The notes beneath the pieces are model-generated. The model saw only the letters and a list, made by a program, of their open reading frames with translations. It searched no databases and had not been told where the DNA came from. DNA of 64,000 bases from Dehalococcoidia bacterium (GTDB lineage Bacteria > Chloroflexota > Dehalococcoidia > Bin125): the NCBI GenBank assembly GCA_963555985.3, contig OY820591.1:2496001-2560000 (forward strand). Reading direction: 5' to 3'. This document shows, piece after piece, positions 29,618 through 36,981 of this stretch; position 1 is the stretch's first letter, and every line of letters starts with the position of its first letter. Both the position numbers and the translations under genes were made by a program.

Positions 29618-30376
29618 TTAGAGGTGGAGCTTCATGCCGTCGTGGACGGCGGCGACTTCGCCTTTGAAGATCTGCGACGCAGCGGCCGCCGCCGCATCCC
29701 GATCGGCGTCGAACCAGAAGTGGGTGAGCAGCAAGCGCTGGACTCCGGCTTCGCGGGCCAACTCGGCCGCTTGCACGGCGGTCAGATGACCGCGCACGGG
29801 GCCGGCTTCGGGTTCGTCGAGCGTCGCTTCTGCGAGCAGGGTGTCGGAGCCGCGCGCGAGTTCGCAGACGGCCGGGGAGGGAGCGGTGTCGCCGGTGTAG
29901 GTGAGGCTGGTGGAACCGTCGATCCGCAGGGCCCAGCCGGGGATGTAGTGCACGCCGACGGCGCAGCGCGCTTGCAGACCGTCGCCCAGCGCGATCGGGG
30001 CGGCGCTGTCGTACTCGCGCACCTGGAAGACGGTGTGGAGGAAATCGGGCGGGAAACAGACTGCGGCCAGGACTTGGCGCAGCGTCTCGCTGCCGTCCGG
30101 AGGCAGGTAGAGCGCGATCCGCTGCTCGGGGAGACCGTTCATATCGCGGGTAAGACGGAAGCGCAGGGGCAAGAGATCGATGAAATGATCGGCATGCATA
30201 TGGGAGATGATGATCGCGTCCAGATCGAACTGGGGGCGTTCGGCCAAGAGCGCCGAAGCGATTCCATGCCCGCAATCGAGCAGGACGCTGCGCCCGCGAT
30301 CTTCGACGAGATAGCCCGAACTCGCGCCGCCGCCGGGCGGGCAGGCGGCACCCGAGCCCAATACCGTGAGCTGCAT
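29618..30376 (-). CDS. MBL-fold metallo-hydrolase (RNase Z/YhfI-like)
   Basis: LTVLGSG, LLDCGHG, SHMHADH, YTGDT, GHLT and LLLTHF motifs. Confidence 0.92.
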   Translation of the reverse strand: MQLTVLGSGAACPPGGGASSGYLVEDRGRSVLLDCGHGIASALLAERPQFDLDAIIISHMHADHFIDLLPLRFRLTRDMNGLPEQRIALYLPPDGSETLRQVLAAVCFPPDFLHTVFQVREYDSAAPIALGDGLQARCAVGVHYIPGWALRIDGSTSLTYTGDTAPSPAVCELARGSDTLLAEATLDEPEAGPVRGHLTAVQAAELAREAGVQRLLLTHFWFDADRDAAAAAASQIFKGEVAAVHDGMKLHL

Positions 30377-30524
30377 CCGCTACTCCCTGATCGCCCGACC
30401 GTCCCGCATGATCCGGGGGCTGCGCGCGGTATGGTGCGCGTGCGCCTTCGCTCGCCCGATTGGGCTGATCCTACGCACGTAGTTTCGGCGCGTTCTATCA
30501 ACCACGCGCCAGAAGCGAGCGCCG

Positions 30525-30728
30525 ATGCCCGCATTGCCGCCCTCAAACCGTTCCCAGCCCCCCAGAGGACTGTGCGATCGCTGTTCCTTCGCGCGCTTGA
30601 TCGGCAATCGCAGAGGCAGCGTCTTTCTGCGCTGCGGACGACATGACGAAGACGCGAGTTACGCGAAGTATCCGCGCCTGCCGGTATTCGAGTGTCGCGG
30701 ATTCAGTCCGAATGACGAGCGCGAGTGA
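30525..30728 (+). CDS. Small four-cysteine hypothetical protein
   Basis: GLCDRC..RGSVFLRC..KYPRLPVFEC pattern, which I recognise from a widespread family of uncharacterised small proteins. Confidence 0.65.
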   Translation: MPALPPSNRSQPPRGLCDRCSFARLIGNRRGSVFLRCGRHDEDASYAKYPRLPVFECRGFSPNDERE

Positions 30729-30797
30729 GCCGTTCGGCGCGCCTATCCTCTGTGTGCGCAGCGGCCGGCGCGGCTGCGCTCTTGGAGGACGGGATCG

Positions 30798-31910
30798 ATG
30801 GGCACACTCTCGCCGCGCTGGCTGCGAGCGGTCTCCGAGGCGTGTCTGCGCATTCTGGTGGTTGCCGCTGCGCTGATTCTGCTCGGCCTGGCAATGGATC
30901 GCCTGCGCGTGATCGTGCTGCCGCTGCTGGCGGCGATCATCCTGGCGACGGCGTTGATGCCGCTCAAGCACCGGCTGGTGCGGCGCGGGCTGCCCAACAC
31001 GCAGGCGACGGTGGTCGTGGTCGGCAGCGCGATTGCGGTGTTGGGCGCGATCGGTTACGGCACCGTCGAAGGCTTGGCGGCGGATTTCGATGAGCTCGAA
31101 GTCGATATTCAGGCCGGCTTCACGCAGGCGGTGGAATCGGTCGGCGGTTGGTTCGGACTGTCGGAAGAGCAGACGGACGAGGCGATCGACGACATTCTGG
31201 AGGGCATTCGCGGCAACGCGGGGACGGTCGCGGGCGGGCTGTTCTCGGGCGTACTGGTCGCGTTTGAGATCGTCGCGGGCGCGATCCTCCTGGTCGTGTT
31301 GATGTTCCTGATCGTGAAGGACGCGGAGCGGATGCAATGGGAGATCGCGCGCCGGCTGGGGGGCGAACACCGGCACGACTTCCTGCTGCTGACGACGGGA
31401 CTCTGGGAGACCTTGGGGCGCTATTTCCGGGGCGTCGCGATCGTCGCCTTCATGGATGCGTTCTTTATCGGGATTGGCTTGGTGATCATCGGGATTCCGT
31501 TCGCGCTGCCGCTGGCGGTGTTGACGTTCTTCGGGGCGTTCATTCCCGTGATTGGGGCGGTGCTGGCGGGGCTGGCGGCGTTTCTGATCGCGCTGGCGAC
31601 CGAGGGCGTGACGGCGGCGCTGATCGTGGGCGGGCTGGTGCTGGCGGTGCAGCAGATCGAGGGCAACGTGCTCGCGCCCTACATCGTGGGGCGGCAGGTG
31701 TCGCTGCATCCGGCGGTAATCCTGCTGGCGGTGGCGACGGGGGGGACGCTGTGGGGGATTCTGGGCGCGTTCGTGGCGGTGCCGGTGACGGTGATCGCGG
31801 TGGCGATCGTCGACTTCTACACGCGCAGCGGCCAGTACGCGCTGCGCAAAACCAGCGTGACGCAGCGCGAGACCGAGGAGGGCGAAGAGTCCGGTGAGGC
31901 GATCGGGTGA
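30798..31910 (+). CDS. AI-2E family transporter
   Basis: FIPVIGA, VQQIEGNVLAP, LHPAVILLAV and GILGAFVAVP motifs. Confidence 0.92.
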   Translation: MGTLSPRWLRAVSEACLRILVVAAALILLGLAMDRLRVIVLPLLAAIILATALMPLKHRLVRRGLPNTQATVVVVGSAIAVLGAIGYGTVEGLAADFDELEVDIQAGFTQAVESVGGWFGLSEEQTDEAIDDILEGIRGNAGTVAGGLFSGVLVAFEIVAGAILLVVLMFLIVKDAERMQWEIARRLGGEHRHDFLLLTTGLWETLGRYFRGVAIVAFMDAFFIGIGLVIIGIPFALPLAVLTFFGAFIPVIGAVLAGLAAFLIALATEGVTAALIVGGLVLAVQQIEGNVLAPYIVGRQVSLHPAVILLAVATGGTLWGILGAFVAVPVTVIAVAIVDFYTRSGQYALRKTSVTQRETEEGEESGEAIG

Positions 31911-31950
31911 GTCCCAGTTCGCTTCAACGGGGCCGACGCGCCGCGTCCGC

Positions 31951-32973
31951 TCAGGCCAGTAGGAATAGCAAGGCGCTCGCGCCTGCATAGCCGCCGACCA
32001 GCGTCGCTCCTTCGGGAGTCCAGAGTCGATTGTCCGCCGATCTGTTTCTCGTCATTACTCCGACGATCACCACCATCGTCATCAGCACCGCAATCAGGCC
32101 CGAGAGGATATGCACGGTCGACACCGCCGACCAGACCGCGCCGTCGGTGAAGGCGAGATCATCGAAGAACAGGACGATGCCCATGTTGAATACGTTGCTG
32201 CCCAGCACGTTGGTGATCGCCAGGTCGGGCGCATTGAGCCGGAGGGCGGCAAAGGAGGTGCCGATCTCCGGCAGCGACGTGCTGATCGCGAGGAACTGGG
32301 TGCCGACGAAGCTCGCTTCCCAGTGCATCGTTTCGGCGATCTGCTCGCCGGTGTTGGAGAGCCAGACAGCCGCCCCTACGACGACGGCAGCGGAGACGGC
32401 GTAGATCAGCAAGGCTCTGGACAACGACTGTTCACTCCGGCCAGGCTCGGGCGACCGCTCGTCCGCGCCGACGGCCTCCGCTTCTTGAGTCTGCCGATCG
32501 TGCCGATAGATCAGGAACATGGCCGCGACAAAGCCGAGGATCAGCACGATCGTCAGCGGGCTGATGTACCACTCCGAGGTGACTCCGGTTTCGCTGTGGA
32601 TGAAGATCGCTAGCGTCGCGAGCGCGATCAGACCTGCGCCGAGCGCGCCGACCATCACCGATGTGCGCGTGACCGCATTCAGGACCGGACCGTTCTGCCA
32701 GTAGAGGTCGGCCAGGCCGATGATCATGAGATTGAACAGGTTGCTGCCGAAGGCGTCGCCGATTGCCAGGTCGGGCGCGTCGAGCCAGGCGATCGAGCTG
32801 ATCCCGGTGGCCAACTCCGGCAGCGATGTGGCCGTGGCGAGCATGACCACGCCGATGAAGGAGCGTCCCAGCCCGGTCCGCTCCGCCACGGTGTCGGCGG
32901 AACTGGCGAGGAAGTGCGCCGCCAGCAGGATGAACACGGCCGACGCGGCGAACTGGAGCCAGAGCAGTGCCAT
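31951..32973 (-). CDS. Sodium:calcium antiporter (CaCA/YrbG family)
   Basis: Two alpha repeats: ATSLPEL...GSNLFN and STSLPEI...GSNVFN. Confidence 0.93.
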   Translation of the reverse strand: MALLWLQFAASAVFILLAAHFLASSADTVAERTGLGRSFIGVVMLATATSLPELATGISSIAWLDAPDLAIGDAFGSNLFNLMIIGLADLYWQNGPVLNAVTRTSVMVGALGAGLIALATLAIFIHSETGVTSEWYISPLTIVLILGFVAAMFLIYRHDRQTQEAEAVGADERSPEPGRSEQSLSRALLIYAVSAAVVVGAAVWLSNTGEQIAETMHWEASFVGTQFLAISTSLPEIGTSFAALRLNAPDLAITNVLGSNVFNMGIVLFFDDLAFTDGAVWSAVSTVHILSGLIAVLMTMVVIVGVMTRNRSADNRLWTPEGATLVGGYAGASALLFLLA

Positions 32974-32987
32974 CGGCGTCGGTCCTG

Positions 32988-33083
32988 CCCTCACCCCAAC
33001 CCTCTCCCAGAGGGAGAGGGGGCTAACCCAACGTCCGTCTCGTCTGGCGCCCTCTCTCCCTGGGAGAGGGCGAGGGTGAGGGG
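32988..33083. repeat. Inverted doublet of CCCTCTCCC..GGGAGAGGG REP-like hairpins
   Basis: CCCTCACCCCAACCCTCTCCCAGAGGGAGAGGG ... CCCTCTCTCCCTGGGAGAGGGCGAGGGTGAGGG. Confidence 0.85.
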
Positions 33084-33108
33084 CCCGCGCCGGACGCCTC
33101 TTTCGCCG

Positions 33109-34032
33109 CTAGTCCCAGCTTGGCTTGGATGGGGCTGAGGCGCCGCGCATGAGTTCGCGGTCGTGGGGGGCGTTGGCTCGGGCGCCGCGGAAATCGCGGA
33201 AGGGGCCGTCGCGCCACTCGAGGGCGGCCTTGAGACCGTCGCGCTGGACGCGCATCCCCCACTCGCCCGCTTCGGGGCGGTGCTTGGACATGGCTTCGAC
33301 GTCGGTACCGGAGATCATGGCGGTTTTGTAGCCCTGGATTTCGTAGGCGCGGTTGACCGAGCGCTTGGAGTACATCAACAGGTGGTTGTCGATGTGGCCC
33401 ATGCGCTGGGCGAATTCCATGGTGAATTCGTCCAGATCGTCGGCCTGGAGCGCATAGTTGGCCCAGCCCCAGCGGTACATGTCGGCGCCGGAGTGGGGGT
33501 CGCCGAGGTAGGCGAACTCGCGGGCTTTGGCCTGGGGCAGATGCCAGGGCGCCCACATCGCGTCCATCGTGCCCATCGCGCGGACGGGCGGGTAGCCGAC
33601 CTGGCAGTCTTCGGCGATGATGCGGAGGTCACAGGCGGAGGCGAGTTCGGTCGCTCCGGCGAGGCAGTAGCCATGCACCTGGGCGATGACCGGCTTGGCC
33701 AGCTCCCAGATGATGAAGTTGCCCATCACGGCGTGGCGCGACCAGTCGTAGTGCTGGGGGTGGGTGGTGCCGGTGTCGGGTAGTCCCGTCCACTGGTTGG
33801 TATGTGGATGGTCGGGGTCGGGCGAGGGGGCGAGGTCGTAGCCGGCGGAGAAGGCGCGTCCGGCACCCTTGATGATGACGACGCCGATGCCCGAGTCGGC
33901 CTCGGCTTGTTTGAGCGCGTGGAACATCTCGCCGCGCAGCTCATTGGAGAGCGCGTTGAGCTTTTCGGGGCGGTTCAGGGTCACGGTGGCGACGCGGCCG
34001 TCGGTGTCGTAGAGGATGTTGTCGTAGGTCAT
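33109..34032 (-). CDS. Crotonase/enoyl-CoA hydratase family protein
   Basis: TLNRPEKLNAL, AFSAGYDL and KPVIAQVHGYCLAGATEL motifs. Confidence 0.92.
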   Translation of the reverse strand: MTYDNILYDTDGRVATVTLNRPEKLNALSNELRGEMFHALKQAEADSGIGVVIIKGAGRAFSAGYDLAPSPDPDHPHTNQWTGLPDTGTTHPQHYDWSRHAVMGNFIIWELAKPVIAQVHGYCLAGATELASACDLRIIAEDCQVGYPPVRAMGTMDAMWAPWHLPQAKAREFAYLGDPHSGADMYRWGWANYALQADDLDEFTMEFAQRMGHIDNHLLMYSKRSVNRAYEIQGYKTAMISGTDVEAMSKHRPEAGEWGMRVQRDGLKAALEWRDGPFRDFRGARANAPHDRELMRGASAPSKPSWD

Positions 34033-34150
34033 GGGGCGGTCCTTCGAGGCGGTTGGGAGTCGGAATCGAGTATAGGCGCGGGTTTGGAGGCGAAAATCGG
34101 GTGCGATTGGTCAGAAATGCGCAGTTTTGCGGGGAATTCGGTGGAATTCC

Positions 34151-34200
34151 GTCCAGATTTGTCCAGATCTGTCCAGATTTGTCCGGATGAGTCCGGGTTG
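34151..34200. repeat. Five tandem 10-bp repeats (GTCCAGATTT consensus)
   Basis: GTCCAGATTT GTCCAGATCT GTCCAGATTT GTCCGGATGA GTCCGGGTTG. Confidence 0.88.
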
Positions 34201-34389
34201 TTCCACGAAACATCAGTGTGAGTCTGTGCTTGTCCTGAGAAGTCCATGATGTGTTCGGCGGTCATGGCGGGTTCCGTTGGTTGTCGGTTTGGTGTTTGGC
34301 GTGGTCAATCATATATGGACGGGCGTTCTGCGGTGGAGGCAGGGTTGGATGGGTGTTTCTGGGGTCACAGTCTGGTTGGAGGTGGGCGG

Positions 34390-34467
34390 ACCCCCTCTCT
34401 GTCCCCCCGCCTTCGCGGGGGCAGGCTCTACGGGACCTCTCCCCTCGCAGTGCGGGGGGAGAGGGGG
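34390..34467. repeat. Family B REP-like element with a small hairpin nested in its first loop
   Basis: CTCTGTCC[CCCCGCCTTCGCGGGGGCAGGCT]CTACGGGACCTCTCCCC..GGGGGAGAGG. Confidence 0.75.
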
Positions 34468-34521
34468 AACCGCCTTTGGCGAGATCCCCGCAATGCGGAG
34501 AGCTTGTAGCCTGCGGGCACT

Positions 34522-35325
34522 ATGCCTGATCTGACTACCGATACCGCCGTCTTTGAACTGTCTGACCACATTGCGACCGTGACGCTCAACCGTCCGGAGG
34601 CGATGAATGCGCTGGATCCGGATTTGATCGCCTCCCTAGCCGATATCTGGGTTGAGATCCGCGACAACTCCGATATCTGGGTCGGGATCGTCACCGGCGC
34701 CGGCGACCGCGCCTTCTGCGCCGGGGCCGACCTGAAGAAGACGATTCCGACGCGGCCGGGGGCTGAGAACGTCAACTGGCCGGTGTTTCAGCCGTCGTTG
34801 CGGCACACGATTGACGGCGGGATGCAGATTTGGAAGCCGATGATCGCGGCGGTGAACGGGTATTGTCTGGCGGCGGGACTGACGCTGCTGTCGGCGTGCG
34901 ACTTGCGGATTGCGGCGGAACATGCGCAGTTTGGTTTGCCGGAGGTGATTCGGGGGATTGTGCCGACGCTTGGGGCGACGCAGCGGCTGACACGTCAACT
35001 GCCGTGGTCGGTTGCGATGGAGTTGCTCTTGATGGGCGAGCATATTGATGCGCAGCGGGCGCTGTCGGTGGGGTTGGTCAACCGCGTCGTTCCGGCAGCC
35101 GAAGTGATGCCGACGGCTCGGGCCTGGGCGGAGAAGCTGACGGCGGGCGCACCGTTGACGCAGCGGGCGATCAAGGAGGCGGCGGTGCGTGGGTTGTCCT
35201 TGCCGATTGATGAGGGGATCCGGTTGGAGGAGTTGTTGTCGGCGCACGTTCGGAAGACGGATGATTTCAAGGAGGGTCCGCGGGCGTTTGCGGAGAAGCG
35301 GCCTCCGGTCTATCGGGGGAACTAG
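34522..35325 (+). CDS. Crotonase/enoyl-CoA hydratase family protein
   Basis: TLNRPEAMNAL, AFCAGADL, KPMIAAVNGYC, FGLPEV and EGPRAFAEKR motifs. Confidence 0.93.
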   Translation: MPDLTTDTAVFELSDHIATVTLNRPEAMNALDPDLIASLADIWVEIRDNSDIWVGIVTGAGDRAFCAGADLKKTIPTRPGAENVNWPVFQPSLRHTIDGGMQIWKPMIAAVNGYCLAAGLTLLSACDLRIAAEHAQFGLPEVIRGIVPTLGATQRLTRQLPWSVAMELLLMGEHIDAQRALSVGLVNRVVPAAEVMPTARAWAEKLTAGAPLTQRAIKEAAVRGLSLPIDEGIRLEELLSAHVRKTDDFKEGPRAFAEKRPPVYRGN

Positions 35326-35352
35326 GCTCACTACGTCGCTGCCAAACAGCGC

Positions 35353-35660
35353 CATCATACGCGCGCTTGCCGCGGGTATCTCGATGTGGGCAGCATGGCA
35401 GTCGCGTCCGGGTTGGGCGCTTTGGGACCGAGAGTCCTCAGAATGAGACGACGGTGCAGCACTCAGCGAGATTCCCGCGACGGAGCGCGGGAATGACGGT
35501 GTTTGATTTACGCGAAGGTCTCTTGTAGGCACGCTGGAGTCTAGAGGAGCGGATCGCGCGATGTGAGGTCGGTGGTACGACCAGATTGGGAGTGGTTTCA
35601 CACTTGGTTGCTTCGAGATTCCCGCCTGCGCGGGAATGACGAGGCAGTAGTGGGAATGAC
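35353..35660. repeat. Mosaic of CGTC-type REP hairpins, one TIR and the conserved core
   Basis: Hairpins at 35353-35383, 35467-35499 and 35615-35641; TIR ATTTACGCGAAGGTCTC ending 35522; 35552-35641 matches 29425-29514 at 87/90. Confidence 0.82.
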
Positions 35661-35734
35661 GGAAGCGGGCTGTGAGTAGGCCCTAGTCTGTGAGAGACCG
35701 TGTGGGACGGGTTCACGAAGCAGGAGCGAAACAG

Positions 35735-36682
35735 ATGACGATGCGAGTGAGTTTTGGCGCGCAGATTCCGGGGAATTCGACGGACTTTTCGCTGATGCGG
35801 GATGTGGCTCAGACGATGGATGCGACGCGCTGGTCTTCGGCTTGGACGTATGACCACTTTGTGCCTCCGCTGGTGTTTATGGATGAGACTCAGGACTCGT
35901 TGGAGGGCTGGATGACGCTGGCGGCGCTTGGGGAGGCGACGGAGACGCTGATGTTGGGCACGCTGGTGTCGGGGGTGACGTACCGGAATCCGGGGTTGCT
36001 GGCGAAGATGACGGCGACGCTCGATCACAACACGAAGGGCCGTGCGATCCTGGGCTTGGGCGCGGCCTGGCATGAGCGCGAGCACGCGGCCTACGGCTGG
36101 GACTTTCCCGAACTGCGTGAGCGGTCGGATCGACTGGAGGAGGCGACGGCGCTGATCCGGGCGCTGTTCCGCTCAGAGGAGTCGGTGCATTTCGAGGGTC
36201 AGTACTACCGGCTCGATCATGCGCCGTTTGCGCCTCGAGTGCATCCGGATCATGCGGGCGGCGCGATCGAGATCATGATCGGCGGGAACGGAGCGAAGCG
36301 GACGTTGCGCACGCTGGCTCGGTATGGGGATATCTGCAATGTGCGGGGGACGCCGGAGGAAGTGGCCAAGATGATCGAGGTGATTCACGCTCACTGCCGC
36401 GACGCGGGGCGGGATCCGTCGGAGATCACGCTGACGACGGTGATGCGTCCGGCGCTGGTTGTGGAGCAGCACAAGATCGAGCGGTTGCGGCAGGTACACG
36501 GCGCGGAGATGACGCCCGAACAGCAGGAGCGGCTGCCGATCGGTCCGGCGGAGCATCTGATCGGTCTGTTTGAGGAGTATGCGGCGGTGGGGATCAGCGG
36601 GTTTGTGTTTGAGTCGATTCCGAACAATCCGCGTTTGTATGAGCAGTTCGATGCCGAGGTGCTGAGCGCGTTTGACGAGTGA
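35735..36682 (+). CDS. LLM-class, probably F420-dependent, oxidoreductase
   Basis: AWTYDHF, LEGW.TLAAL, GVTYRNPGLLAKM, GLGAAWHEREH.AYG and IMIGGNG.KRTL motifs. Confidence 0.9.
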   Translation: MTMRVSFGAQIPGNSTDFSLMRDVAQTMDATRWSSAWTYDHFVPPLVFMDETQDSLEGWMTLAALGEATETLMLGTLVSGVTYRNPGLLAKMTATLDHNTKGRAILGLGAAWHEREHAAYGWDFPELRERSDRLEEATALIRALFRSEESVHFEGQYYRLDHAPFAPRVHPDHAGGAIEIMIGGNGAKRTLRTLARYGDICNVRGTPEEVAKMIEVIHAHCRDAGRDPSEITLTTVMRPALVVEQHKIERLRQVHGAEMTPEQQERLPIGPAEHLIGLFEEYAAVGISGFVFESIPNNPRLYEQFDAEVLSAFDE

Positions 36683-36696
36683 GGCCGGGGGTCTTC

Positions 36697-36872
36697 CTGC
36701 GCGGGAATCCATCCCGGCGATCTGCGGCGTGGATTCCCGCCCCCTGTTCAGGCCAGGGGCAGGCTGCGCGGGAATGACGGATATGGGGATTTTGCACAGG
36801 CCTCCCTGCGCGGGAATGACGGATATGGGGATTTTGCACAGGCCTCCGTGCGCGGGAATGACGGATATGGGG
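36697..36872. repeat. REP mosaic with a 42-bp tandem unit (REP arm + TIR) x2.6
   Basis: TGCGCGGGAATGACGGATATGGGG-ATTTTGCACAGGCCTCC(C/G) starting at 36765, 36807 and 36849 (last copy partial). Confidence 0.9.
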
Positions 36873-36981
36873 GGGGCGCGGAGTTTCGCAACGGGATCCC
36901 TGAGCGTGCGTCATTCGGGACGCTGCCTCTGTACACTGGGTTATCTGGTAGCCGATCCACTGTGAGGATCAGGAGGAACCC

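Noticed and set aside
36765-36872. CRISPR array
   Set aside because: The intervening 16-18-bp segments are near-identical rather than unique spacers, the repeat is a REP arm, and no cas genes are present.
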